Shown here: positions 49,887 to 63,254 of the stretch, piece by piece
Layout of the letters: each line of letters starts with the position of its first letter
How positions within the stretch are numbered: the stretch's first letter is position 1
Origin: Mobula hypostoma
Lineage: Eukaryota
Assembly: GCF_963921235.1 (NCBI RefSeq)
Contig: NC_086108.1
Span: 22,878,001 to 22,942,000, forward strand
Length of the DNA stretch: 64,000 nucleotides
Direction: 5' to 3'
Program-made: the position numbers and the translations under genes
Notes under the pieces: generated by a model
What the model was told of the DNA's origin: nothing
Databases searched by the model: none
Seen by the model: the letters and a program-made list of their open reading frames with translations, nothing else

Positions 49887-51719
49887 GTAAGTAGAAACAT
49901 TAAAGTACATTCAATGATCCATCTCAGCCACAGTGGAGTAACTGAAAGGCTACTTTGAAGGTACGGGGAAAGGGTGTGGCATACACCATATGCTTCTGCA
50001 CAGACACCTGTCACTCCCCCTTACACTAATCCTGTCTATTGGCTCCACTGCAAGGATTGGCTCAGATCTCTGTACTGTTCAGGTGTTGGAGATGCTCGTG
50101 GACAAAACTGAAGCACAAATTGATGAGCATGGCAGAATCTTTGGCTAAGGTATTGATAACTAGTTTGAGTTTACATTCAAGTTCAAATATATTATTTTGT
50201 TTTGTGTGACTGTATGTTTACTGCTCTCTTACCTGTGCTACATGTGCCTTGTGCTGTGGATGACGGTACTGTGCTTTGCAGCTCAGCCCCAGAGGGGCGC
50301 TGTTTTGTTAGGCTGTATTCATGGATATTCATGTATGACTGAATGACAATTAAACTTGAACATGAATCATACCCTGAATTTCAGCCCTATTTCCCAATGA
50401 CTGGACCTCTGCCAGAGGTTGGCACAATTACATTAAAGCATGCCATATGTCCATATTTCATATTTCTAATGGCATATACAAGCCATTCAGCCCACTGAGT
50501 CTATGACAGTTCACTGAGCAATCCTATCCCCTATTTTCTCTGTATCCTCTCCTCCCATGTGCTCATCCCTCTCTCTCCTCATTCCCATCCCTCTGCATGT
50601 CCCTCTGCTCAGATTGTCTCACTCAGTGACTAATTAACATACTGATGTTCAGGAATTGGGAGGAAACTGGGAACAGACACCCAAGAGAAACCTATGGAAT
50701 CGTAGGGACAACATGGAACCTTCACCCTAGGTCAAGATCAAAGCTGGGGACCTGGAGCTGTAGGGCAGTAGCTCTACCACCTGCACCATTGTGCTGACCA
50801 TATAAAAGGACAATAATCAATTTCTGCGTTTGGTCTGTGTTGTCCATATGCAGCAGCATACTTATCAAAATAGTTACTCAGTCAGCAAAGACTCCCATAT
50901 ACTGCACTGAAGGGTTTGCATAAATGCATAAATGTTTGACATCAAGGCAGAGATGAACAGAGCAACAATGGAATACAAAGTAATTCAGTAAAAACAATGA
51001 AAGATAACAAGGATATTGGTAACATCTTTTCATTTTATTAAGGGAAGAGGTGGGTGTGATTGTAAGGTAAGGGCTGCTGATATTAAATTGAATATATGGA
51101 TTTGGCAGATTTGCTGAGTAAGGAAATCCTGGAACCCATGCTTTATTCTGTGTTAGCACATGTGTGCTCTTGATCCTACAATGCAACACCAGCTTAGTCT
51201 ATCCCCAAGCAGCTAATGTCCTCTGCTTCACTTTATTCCACACACTCAGTGCTTCAACAAACTTTTCTCCTTTTCTGATGTCAAAGATTGCAAACTTTGG
51301 GTTCCAATCTCTCTGCTGATTCTTCTCTGCCCCTCCCTATATCCTCATCTCTTTCCATTCCTGCAATATTTTCACCAACCCTTCTGATCTTGAGTGATCA
51401 AGGCAGAAGTTTGTCTTCATCACTTTATGTTCCAATTTCAATGAATTCTGACCCCAACATGACAGCAAATTAAGTAAATTCTGATGAGGGTTCACACACC
51501 TGAAGCATTATCCATTTCTCTCTCAACAGATGTACTCTGACCTCGAGTTTTTTCCATAATTATCTCTTTTTAACTTTAGACTTCAGCATCTAGAGTTTTG
51601 TTTTTAATTTGCAAGAAAAATATTTTGCATTGGTCTTTATAATCAAGAATGAGGTTAAGGCACTAAAAGAGAGTCAGATGAGTACAAATCAAGGGGCAGA
51701 CTTAATGCAAATTGGAAAT

Positions 51720-52330
51720 TATTAGTGTAGAAAATAATAAGACTGAAAATTGGCAAAGATCCCAGACTTAACAGTTTCTACCCTCAGGGTTTATAAGGAT
51801 TGGAAATACAATTATACACACTCACACTAATCTATCAAAATTCCTTAGATTCAGGAATTGGTCCCTTGCATTGGAATATTGCCAAAATCACTCCATTATT
51901 TAAGAAGGGTGGGAGAGAGAAAAAACAGAAAACTATAGACCTATTAGGATAACATCTGTTGTGGAAGCTCTCTCTCGGGACAGAGTGACTGAACACTTGG
52001 ACAAATAAAAACTGATTAGAAAGCCAACATGAATTTGTAAAGAGCAAGTCATGCCTCAGAATGGTTGTTGAATTTTTTTTTACAAGTCACAAATATGTTG
52101 GATAAAGGATTGGTTCTAAATGTTATTATCATGGACTTCCACAATGTATTTATAATTTCATAAAACATGCTAGCAAAAATGGAAATTCATGAAAAGGACA
52201 ATGATGTATTGCTGTGGCCAATAAATGATTTGCCAGTGGATAATGGAATCATTGTGAAGAGTGAGCAGGATAATCTGTATTTGTGGAGACACTAGGATAA
52301 TACTGGGGTTTGGCAATCCTATTGATTGGC
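51720..52330 (+). mobile_element. Decayed CR1-type LINE RT fragment
   Basis: Relics TPLFKKGGREK, NYRPI and HEFVKSKSCL match the CR1 at ~61800-62000. Confidence 0.7.
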
Positions 52331-53194
52331 TGGTTCCTTCACAAGTAGAGGATGGCCAAGCTTCTATAGAAGCTAGAGAAGTACAGCACAACACAGGAAC
52401 AGGCCCTTTGTGCCAAACCATCAGGAAGAGGACAGGTAACACAGCTCCACCAACACAGATTCAACCCTGAGTTTGCATGTTCTCCCCGTGACATTGTGTT
52501 CTTGTTTCCAAAGATTAGGGGGTTAATTGGCCACTGTAGATTATCCCTGTGAATGACAAGAAAACCAGGACAAATAGATTTACTAGGAAATGGGGGAAAA
52601 ATATAATAACTAAGTCCACAAAACAAAGGAAAGACACTGTGGCCTGTTATTAGTTTTCTTACTTGCAGGACAAGCCAACAAATTTGATTGCATCTTTTAT
52701 TTCATTCACGCAGTATAAAATATAATTAGCAATTCTGCAGGACTGATTCTGTAATGCACTTACACTGCAGTCAATTTGGAACTAGTCCTTTTGTCTACAT
52801 GTTGCTCAATTCATGCTCTGGCATTCAACTCCCTGCAAAGCACCATTGGCAACAAATTACTAGGCTTGATATTATCATTAGAGCATTCAATACATTTACA
52901 TCAGATCCATTATCTGCTACTTTAATGGACTGATTTAATAATTTTCTGTCATTGACACCTCTATTAGGATGGGGGCCAAGTGCCAGCGTAAATGTTAAAG
53001 CTTATGATAATATCACTTAGAGTGATTTTTAGGATCCTGAAACAAGGTGATATTAATAATGCTTGAAAGCTAGTATATTATCTAGTTGATCTGCCTCATA
53101 AAGCTAGTTCCTTATTAGTAAGTAGAATCCAGTAATTACATAATTATGCTGCATATGATACAAAAATATATTATAATCAGGGAACCTGATCTTA

Positions 53195-54431
53195 AATCTT
53201 ATTGAATTTTTTTTGAAGAGGTTACTAGGAAAGTTGACGAGGGTAAAGCGGTGGATGTTGTCTATATGGACTTCAATAAGGCCTTTGACAAGGTTCCACA
53301 CAGAAGGTTAGTTAGGAAGGTTCAATCGTTAGGTATTAATATTGAAGTAGTAAAATGGATTCAACAGTGGCTGGGTGGGAGATGCCAGAGAGTAGTGGTG
53401 GATAACTGTTTGTCAGATTGGAGGCCGGTGACTAGTGGTGTGCCTCAGGGATCTGGGTCCAATGTTGTTTGTCATATATATTAATGATCTGGATGATGGG
53501 GTGGTAAATTGGATAAGTATGTAGATGATACTAAAATAGGTGGAGTTGTGGATAATGAAGGAGGTTTTCAAAGCTTGCAGAGAGATTTAGGCCAGTTAGA
53601 AGAGTGGGCTGAAAGATGGCAGATGGAGTTTAATGCTGAAAAATATAAGGTGCTACATTTTGATAGGACTAATCAAAATAGGACATACATGGTAAATGGT
53701 AGGGCATTGAAGAATGCAGTAGAACAGAGGGATCAAGGAATAATGGTGCATAGTTCCCTGAAGGTGGAATCTCATGTGGATACAGTGGTGAAGAAAGCTT
53801 TTGGTATGCTGGCCTTTATTAATCAGAGCATCGAGTATAGGAGTTAGGATGTAATGTTGAAATTGTACAAGGCATTGGTGAGGCCAAATTTGGAGTATTG
53901 TGTACAGTTTTGGTCACCAAATTATAGGAAAGATGTCAACAAAATAGAGAGTACAGAGAAGATTTACTAGAACGTTACCTAGGTTTCATCACCTAAGTTA
54001 CAGAGAAAGGTTAAAACAAGATGGGTCTTTATTCTTTGGAGCATAGAAGGTTGAGGGGGGACGATAGAGGTATTTAAAATTATGAGGGGGATAGATAGAG
54101 TTGACATGGATAGGCTTTTTCCATTGAGAGTGGGGAGACTGAAACAAGAGGACATGAATTGAGAGTTAAAGGGCAAATGTTTAGGGGTAACATGGGGGGG
54201 GGGAGAAAACTTCTTTACTCAGAGTGGTAGCTGTGTGGAACGAACTTCCAGCAGAAGTGGTTGGGGCAGGTTGGATGTTGTCATTTAAAGTTAAATTGGA
54301 CAGCTATATGGACAGGAAAGGAATGGAGGGTTATGGGCTGAGTGCAGGTTGGTGGGACTAGGAGAGAGTAAGAGTTCGGCATGGACTAGAAGGGCCAAGA
54401 TGGCCTGTTTCCGTGCTGTAATTGTTATATG
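53195..54431 (+). mobile_element. 5'-truncated CR1-type LINE (RT plus 3' UTR), frameshifted
   Basis: DVVYMDFNKAFDKVPHRRL, SGVPQGS, YVDDTKIGG, WQMEFNAEK. Confidence 0.93.
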
Positions 54432-54610
54432 GAAATCCAAGGCCATTTATTCAACATTTTAAGGATACTGGCTGTAGTTGTCAGGGAGAGTATTCATTGA
54501 TGATATCCCCAATTGCCCTTGAGAAGATGGTGAGTAGCTGCCTTATTAAACTGCAACATTGCCTTAATGATGGCAATGGGGTAAAAATCCCAAGGTTTGG
54601 ACCCAGCAAG

Positions 54611-55500
54611 GATAGAACATTAGAACATAGAAGAGTACAGCAGAGGAACAGGCTCTTCAGCTCACAGTGTTGCACCAAACCAGCTCAAAAGCAACCTAAA
54701 CTCTAATCCTTCCTACCTACACAAAGTGCATATCCCTCCATCTTCCTCACATTCATGTGCCTATCCAAATGTTCCTTAAAAGCCCCTAATGTATTTGCCT
54801 CTACCACCATGCCAGGCAATGCATTCCAGGCATCCGCCACTCCGAGTTTAAAAACTTACTCTTCATACCCCCTTTAAACCTACTCCCTCTCACCTTCACT
54901 TCATGCCCTCTGGTTTTAGACATTTCTACCCTGGGAAAAAAATATTATTCCAACTCTCTGCCTTCAGTTGGTTAATCAATCTTTGGTCCATGTTAATATA
55001 CTACATCCAGGTCTGTGCATCCTTACATAATGGACAAGTCTTCTATATGGCACCTTATTGAATGCCTTCTGGAAATCCAAGTATACAGCATTCACCTATT
55101 CCCTCTATCCATTTTGCTCATTATATCTTCAAAGGACACGCAAATTTGTCAACATGACCTGCCTTTTCTGAAACCATGCAGTGCCTGCTTGATGGAACCC
55201 ACTGTTTTAGAACAAAGGACCACTAACTGCAAGATTGTTAATTTTACCTGGATCAGTTTTACAATTACATTTTCCCTTCTTGGTTCAGTTACATGCCATA
55301 CAAGAAATCTGTCACAGATGCATTCTATGATGTCCTCCTCAAGACTGCCTTGAGCAACTTGTTTCATGCAATCTATGTGCAAGTTAAAATCTTCTATGAC
55401 AACTGCCTTTCCATTCTTGCATGCATCAGATATTTCTTGGTTCAATTGCCTGTGCCAGTAATGTTGTTTGGTAGTCTATAGACAGTTCCTACTGGGGATT
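54611..55500 (-). mobile_element. Decayed and deleted CR1-type LINE (3' UTR, RT and endonuclease pieces)
   Basis: Tail AGAACATTAGAACATAGA. Minus-strand relics include QEISDACKNGKAVVIEDFNLHID and HGFRKGRSC. Confidence 0.75.
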
Positions 55501-55751
55501 TATTTTACTTTGCGCACCCCCCCCCCCACCACCATTTCTGCTCTTTAGATCATTTCTTCCAAAGTTCTGTGGTCTAGGTCCCATTCTCTGGAATACAAGA
55601 CAGATCTCCCCCTCAAAAAGACAAAGGACCACAACTTCCCCTATCCATAGAATCCCACTCCTTAACTCTTTCCCATTGGCTGGAATCCCACTCCTGAAAC
55701 CCTTGCCTAACATACACCACATCCTTGACAAAGCTATGAAGCTATGATGTC

Positions 55752-57985
55752 TATAAGACCATAAGATATAGGAGCAGAATTAGACCATTTGGCTCATCCA
55801 GTCTGCTCCACTATTTTATCATGTCTGACCCATTTCCCCCTCAGCCCTAACCCCCTGCCTTCCCTCACATCCCTTCTTGATATGAAGAATCAGGAATCTA
55901 TCAACCCCTGTCTTAAATAAGTCCACTGACTTGGCCTCACCAGCTGCCTGTGGCAAAATATCCCACAGATTCACCACTGTCTAGCTATAGAAAATTCTCC
56001 TGATCTTCATTCTAACTGGACATCCCACTATCCTCAGCTGTGTCCTCTGGTTTCCTACTCCCCCTGCCACACATAACATCCTCCCCAAATCTACTCTATC
56101 GAGACCTTTCAATATTTGATAGCCTTCAATGAGATTCTCTCCTCCTCCCCTCCCCCCCCCCCCACTCCCCAACCTCATTCTTCTGAATTTCAGTGAGTAC
56201 GGACTAAGAGCCATCAAAGGCTCTCATATGATAAGCTTTTCAATCCTGGAATAATTTTCATGAACCGCCTTTGAAACCTCTCCAATGTCAGCACATCCCT
56301 TCTTCAATAAGAGGCCCAAAATTGCTCACGATACTCCAAATGAGGCCTTACCAGTGCCTTATAAAGCCTTGATATTACATCCTTGCTTTTATATTCTAAT
56401 CCTCTCAAGATGAATGCAAGCATTGCCTTTCCCCATCAGCTGCAAATTAACCTTTAGGGAATTCCGCAAAATGACTCAAGTCCCTATGCACTTCAGATTT
56501 TTGAAACTTCTCTCCATTTAGAAAATAATCTACCTTTTATTTATTCTACCAAAGTGTAAGACTATACACTTACCAACACTGTATTCCATGTGCCAATTCT
56601 TTGCCCATTCTCCTAATCTGTCACCCTTCTGTAGCCTCTTATGCTTCAACAGTATCTGTCCCTTCACCTTTCTTTGTATTGTCCACAAAACAGACCACAA
56701 AACCATCTATTCCTTCATCCAAATCATTAACATCTAAGTAAAAAGTGGTCCTAACACAGACCCCTGTGAAACGCTACCTGTCGCTGGCAGCCAAACAGAA
56801 AAGGCTCCCTTTATTCTCACTCTCAGCCTACTGCAAACCAGCCAATCTGGAAACACAACATCCACTAGCTTTCCTTTGTGTATGGTGCTTGCTATTTCTT
56901 CAAATTCCAACAGACTTGTCAGGCAAGATTTTCCCTTAGGAAGACCATGCTGACTTCAGCCTATTTTATCATGTGCCTCCAAATACCCTGAAACCACTTC
57001 CTTAACTATCAACTCCAACATCTTTCCAACTACCGAGGTTAGACTAACTGGCCTGTTATTTCCTTTCTTCTGTCCCTCTCCCTTCTTGAAGAATGGAGAC
57101 ATTTACAATTTTCTAGTCTTCCAGAACCATACTAGAGTCCATCAATTCTTAAAAGGTCATTGCCTTCACAATCTCTTCAGCCACCTCCTTCAGAACCCTG
57201 AGGTGTAGAGCATCTAGTCAAAGTGACATCAACTTTCAGTTTCTCAAGCATCATCTCCCTAGTAATAGCAACTTCTCTCACTTCTACCCCAATACTCCTG
57301 AATCTCCAGCATACCATCTGTGCCTAGTGCCTTCCACAGTGAAGACTGATGCAAAATACTTATTCAGTTTGTCCCCCATTACTATACTACCTCTCCAGCA
57401 TCATTTTCCAGCAGTTTGACATCTACCCTCACCTCTCTTTTACATATCTGAAGAAAATTTGGTATCTTTAATACTAATGGCTTGCTTACCTTTATATTCC
57501 ATCTTTATGACTTATTTAGTTGCCTTGTTTTTTTTTTAAAAAAAAAGCTTCCCAATCCTCTAACTTCCCACTAATTTTTGCTCTATTAAATGCCCTCACT
57601 TTAGCTTTTATGCTAGGTTTGACTTCTCTTGTCAACTATGGTTGCATTATCCTGCCTTTAGAATGCTACTTACTCATATCTATCCTCCACCATTCATATT
57701 TCTCCCAGAAATTCCAGCCATTGCTGCTCTGCCATCATCCCTGCCAGTGTTCTCTTCCAATCAGTTTTGGCCAGCTCTTCTCTCATGCCTCTGTAATTCT
57801 CTTTATTCTACTCTAATACTGATACATCTGACTCCTTCCCAAATTGCAGGTTGAATTCTATCATATTACAATCACTACCTCCTAAGGGGTCCTTACCTTA
57901 AGCTCTATCATCAGTTTTGGTTCATTACACAACACCCAATTCAGAATAGCTGATCCCTCATGGGCACAACCACAAGCTACTCTAA
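55752..57985 (-). mobile_element. Long decayed CR1-type LINE ORF2 plus 3' UTR
   Basis: Tail ATAAGACCATAAGAT. Minus-strand YSLKFRRMR...NLIEGYQILKGLDRVD; collinear antisense to 60476-63254. Confidence 0.85.
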
Positions 57986-58659
57986 AAACCATCTCATAGA
58001 CTAAATGCCATTCCTCCTTCACCATTTTCTATATACCTACAGAAGAAACTTTCTTATCTTATCCCATCACATTCCCACTTCCTACCCCTTCCACTCCACA
58101 CTAAAACTGGATTCTTCTGCCCCTCAAACACTCCACTCCCTTCATAGCAGTCCTGGCCTGAATATAGCACATAACCTAAATCTCAGGTGCAGGTTATAAG
58201 GACTAATTATTGATTGTTATATTTGTCCAATCATTTTACTCTTTCTCTGACCCAATTTAATCAGTACTTTAACTCTATTGCACCAGGAAATTACTTCCCA
58301 ATTGTCCTAGACAACATTTAACACTGAATCACCATCAATAATCACTGGTGTTTGTTGGTAAATGCTATGTGGACATTAAATGCATGTCTTTTATATTATA
58401 ACAATGTAACCCAATCACCCATCCCACTGGGCATTTCCTGCGGCAGTCTGTGTGTCTTACATTGAGCTCATTAGTTACCTCTGAAGGCATGGAGAACAAG
58501 CCATCCTTAATCCTAAGAGACCACTGACAAGGCAACACAAGAGCATGCAGATGTTGGAATCTGAAGCAACACAAAAAGCACTGGAGGAACATGGGTCAGG
58601 CAGCATCGATGGAAGGAAATGGACGATCTATATTTTGGGCCCAGATAACGGGTCTCAAC

Positions 58660-58929
58660 GCTGGCTGGTGGTGTAGTGGCATCAGCACTGGACTTTGGGG
58701 CAAGAGGTCCCGAGTTCGAATCTGGTTGGCTCCCTTGCACGCTCTCCATCTGTGCCTGGGTTGAGTGTCGAGCTAACAACTTGACCTCGTAAAAAAAACC
58801 TGGAGAGGGATGGGCTCCGCTAGGTTTCAGATGCCCAAGACACACCATACAATGAGCATACCAAAAAGCTTGTCATGACGACGCCCCAATGACTCCACCA
58901 AGAGTTAAGGGCGCGCACATACACACAAA
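58660..58929 (+). mobile_element. tRNA-derived SINE with a 10-bp TSD
   Basis: A box TGGTGTAGTGG, B box GAGTTCGAATC (58712-58722), (CA)n/A tail. TSD GGGTCTCAAC at 58650-58659 and 58930-58939. Confidence 0.88.
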
Positions 58930-58974
58930 GGGTCTCAACCTGAGACGTCCACTGTCCAATTCCCTCCAAATCAA

Positions 58975-59200
58975 TTTGGGTGGTGGGTTGGAGATGTATT
59001 TCTACTAAAGGAGGTGTAAGGCATTCCTTCCCTCTGCTAATCTGCAGGTCAACCTTCCGCAAAGTGCTTAGCCCTCCCCCCCCCCACCCCCAACTGATCA
59101 GGGAATGGCAAACCATTTCTGTAGAAAAAATTGCCAAGAATCATCACAGTGATGGAAAGACCATGATTTCCCATGTCATACAACACAGCACATAACAACT
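58975..59200 (+). mobile_element. RTE-related SINE-like repeat (same family as 24205-24560)
   Basis: GGAGATGTATTTCTACTAAAG...GGCAAACCATTTCTGTAGAAAAAATTGCCAAGAA...GACCATGAT. Confidence 0.55.
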
Positions 59201-60475
59201 GAATGAGTGTGTAACTGGACGTTATGGAATGTTCAGTGTTGAGGTTTGATGTACCCTTGTGGTCTCTGTTCCTGAACATCAGAGGGCAAACCCCAGAAGA
59301 AATAGGACATCTTCTTAACTATTATTCTACGGAAGGAAATAGGCTTAGTAAGTGGACTGACACAAGGGAGGTGTAGGTGAGTAAAGCTATCCTAAAGCCA
59401 GAGGAAGAAGCCTTGCCCTTATGCCCCTCTCTTCAGCAGCAGTTGGCACTAGCCTGCTTCATCCCATCTCCTTTTCCCATTGTTCATCTATGTCAGGGCC
59501 CCCCCGCTGGACAATCATGACTATGCACCCCCCTCTCCTGCTGGCTCTCAGATGTGCAATGTTCAATTGAAAAACACCTGTGATCTTCTGATAAATACCT
59601 CAGAGAATATCTAGAAGAAAGATGCTTAATCATTAAAGTTCCAGCAACTTGCCTCGGAAGACCTTACAATGTCCTTTAAAAATCCTCTGTAACCCTTTAT
59701 TTGCCAAAGAAGAATAAGAGAAGTTTTGGCACTCAAAGTCTGTTGAAGATGATGGGGATGTTCCTGAATAACACACACAAAATGCTGGGGGAACTCAGCA
59801 GGTCAGGCAGTTTCTATAGAGAGGAATAAACAGTTGACATTTTGGGCTGAGATCCTCCATCTGTATTGGGGGGGGTATTCTTTATGGGGCAGCATGATGG
59901 GAGGAGAACTCTGTGAACTGACACCCACATGAATCTGGGGCCTTCATAGTGGTTAATAAGACACTGATTGTCTTCAGCTCACCTCATCTTTTCAGGTTGA
60001 ATAAAGCACACACCAAGGGTCTGATACTGAGCAATTCTTTGATTATATTTGATAAGACAGTCATCCCTGGTGGAAAAAATTCTACAGGTTGATATATGCC
60101 TTGAACATCAATGTGAACATTTATACACCTTTTCCTATTACCTCGGGAGATTTCTGAGTGCTTCATAACCAATAAAGTATTTTTGCTTTGAAATTACTTT
60201 CTTAACATTGAGAAGTATGGCAGCTGGCTACTGCCTAGGGGTTGCACAAACTGCAATACAAGGATGAACAGACAACCAGTTTTTATTTAAGTTGATGTTA
60301 CATCTTTTCAGGAAACTGGAGAAAATTCCTTTTATTCTTCTGTGAAATAATATCATGGAATCTTTCCCAATGTGAGAGAGGGGTGGGTTTTGCATCTTAT
60401 TCAATTGACATCATTCTGACAGGACATTAAAGTTCCCTCACAAGACATACAACATCAGTTATATGCACAAACTCC

Positions 60476-63254
60476 CAGGGATGGGAGCTCAACGTTCAGG
60501 GATATTCAATATTCAGGAGGGATAGACATGAAGGAAGGGGAGTTGGGGTGGCATTGCTGGTTAAAGAAGAGATTAATGCAATATAAAGGAAGGACATAAG
60601 CCGGGAAGATGTGGAATCGATATGGGTAGCGCTGCGTAACACTAAGGGGCAGAAGACGCTGGTGGGAGTTGTGTACAGGCCACCTAACAGTAGTAGTGAG
60701 GTCGGAGATGGTATTAAACAGGAAATTAGAAATGTGTGCAATAAAGGAACAGCAGTTATAATGGGTGACTTCAATCTACATGTAGACTGGGTGAACCAAA
60801 TTGGTAAAGGTGCTGAGGAAGAGGATTTCTTGGAATGTATGCGGGATGGTTTTTTGAACCAACATATTGAGGAACCAACTAGAGAGCAGGGTGGACTGGG
60901 TTTTGAGCAATGAGGAAGGGTTAATTAGCGATCTTGTCGTGAGAGGCCCCTTGGGTAAGAGTGACCATAATATGGTGGAATTCTTCATTAATATGGAGAG
61001 TGACATAGTTAATTCAGAAACAAAGGTTCTGAACTTAAAGAGGGGTAACTTTGAAGGTATGAGACGTGAATTAGCTAGGATAGACTGGCAAATGACACTT
61101 AAAGGATTGACGGTGGATATGCAATGGCAAGCATTTAAAGGTTGCATGGATGAACTACAACAATTGTTCATCCCAGTTTGGCAAAAGAATAAATCAAGGA
61201 AGGTAGTGCACCCGTGGCTGACAAGAGAAATTAGGGATAGTATCAATTCCAAATAAGTAGCATACAAATTAGCCAGAGAAAGTGGCTCACCTGAGGACTG
61301 GGAGAAATTCAGAGTTCAGCAGAGGAGGACAAAGGGCTTAATTAGGAAGGGGAAAAAAGATTATGAGAGAAAACTGGCGGGGAACATAAAAACGGACTGT
61401 AAAAGCTTTTATAGATATGTAAAAAGGAAAAGACTGGTAAAGACAAATGTAGGTCCCCTGCAGACAGAAACAGGTGAATTGATTATGGGGAGCAAGGACA
61501 TGGCAGACCAATTGAATAATTACTTTGGTTCTGTCTTCACTAAGGAGGACATAAATAATCTTCCAGAAATAGTAAGGGACAGAGGGTCCAGTGAGATGGA
61601 GGAACTGAGTGAAATACATGTTAGTAGGGAAGTGGTGTTAGGTAAATTGAAGGGATTGAAGGCAGATAAATCCCCAGGGCCAGATGGTCTGCATCCCAGA
61701 GTGCTTAAGGAAGTAGCCCAAGAAATAGTGGATGCATTAGTGATAATTTTTCAAAACTCGTTAGATTCTGGACTAGTTCCTGAGGATTGGAGGGTGGCTA
61801 ATGTAACCCCACTTTTTAAAAAAGGAGGGAGAGAGAAACCGGGGAATTATAGACCGGTTAGCCTAACGTCGGTGGTGGGAAACTGCTGGAGTCAGTTATC
61901 AAGGATGTGATAACAGCACATTTGGAAAGCGGTGAAATGATCGGACAAAGTCAGCATGGATTTGTGAAAGGAAAATCATGTCTGACGAATCTCATAGAAT
62001 TTTTTGAGGATGTAACTAGTAGAGTGGATAGGGGAGAACCAGTGGATGTGGTATATTTGGATTTTCAAAAGGCTTTTGACAAGGTCCCAGACAAGAGATT
62101 AGTGTGCAAACTTAAAGCACACGGTATTGGGGGTAAGATATTGGTGTGGGTGGAGAATTGGTTAGCAGACAGGAAGCAAAGAGTGGGAATAAACGGGACC
62201 TTTTCAGAATGGCAGGCGGTGACTAGTGGGGTACCGCAAGGCTCAGTGCTGGGACCCCAGTTGTTTACAATATATATTAATGACTTGGATGAGGGAATTA
62301 AATGCAGCATCTCCAAGTTTGCGGATGACACGAAGCTGGGTGGCAGTGTTAGCAGTGAGGAGGATGCTAAGAGGATGCAGGGTGACTTGGATAGGTTGGG
62401 TGAGTGGGCAAACTCATGGCAGATGCAATTTAATGTGGATAAATGTGAAGTTATCCACTTTGGTGGCAAAAATAGGAAAACAGATTATTATCTGAATGGT
62501 GGCCGATTAGGAAAAGGGGAGGTGCAACGAGACCTGGGTGTCATTATACACCAGTCATTTAAAGTGGGCATGCAGGTACAGCAGGCGGTGAAAAAGGCGA
62601 ATGGTATGCTGGCATTTATAGCGAGAGGATTCGAGTACAGGAGCAGGGAGGTACTACTGCAGTTGTACAAGGCCTTGATGAGACCACACCTGGAGTATTG
62701 TGTGCAGTTTTGGTCCCCTAATCTGAGGAAAGACATCTTTGCCATAGAGGGAGTACAAAGAAGGTTCACCAGATTGATTCCTGGGATGGCAGGACTTTCA
62801 TATGAAGAAAGACTGGATGAACTGGGCTTGTACTCGTTGGAATTTAGAAGATTGAGGGGGGATCTGATTGAAACGTATAAGATCCTAAAGGGATTGGACA
62901 GGCTAGATGCAGGAAGATTGTTCCCGATGTTGGGGAAGTCCAGAACGAGGGGTCACAGTTTGAGGATAGAGGGGAAGCCTTTTAGGACCGAGATTAGGAA
63001 AAACTTCTTCACACAGAGAGTGGTGAATCTGTGGAATTCTCTGCCACAGGAAACTGTTGAGGCCAGTTCATTGGCTATATTTAAGAGGGAGTTAGATATG
63101 GCCCTTGTGGCTACAGGGGTCAGGGGGTATGGAGGGAAGGCTGGGGCGGGGTTCTGAGTTGGATGATCAGCCATGATCATAATAAATGGCGGTGCAGGCT
63201 CGAAGGGCCGAATGGCCTACTCCTGCACCTATTTTCTATGTTTCTATGTTTCTA
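60476..63254 (+). mobile_element. Relatively young CR1-type LINE, near-complete ORF2 (APE endonuclease part plus RT) and 3' UTR
   Basis: APE: VVYRPP, MGDFN, SDHN. RT: KSPGPDG, NYRPVSLTS, DFQKAFDKV, GVPQGSVLGP, FADD. (TTTCTATG)n tail. Lesions: a frameshift at ~60890, TAA at 61254-61256, and a frameshift at ~61880. Confidence 0.97.
61907..63157 (+). pseudogene. CR1 reverse-transcriptase ORF fragment (416 aa uninterrupted)
   Basis: Contains the non-LTR RT motifs through FADD and runs to the natural ORF2 stop. Confidence 0.9.

Noticed and set aside
58660..58730. Possible tRNA gene
   Set aside because: A/B boxes are present, but the sequence continues into a SINE body with a tail and TSD, and no convincing acceptor stem is seen.
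60496..63180. Minus-strand ORFs of 75-163 aa over the CR1 (and similar ones over the Gypsy and Penelope elements)
   Set aside because: They are antisense shadows of retroelement coding sequence.
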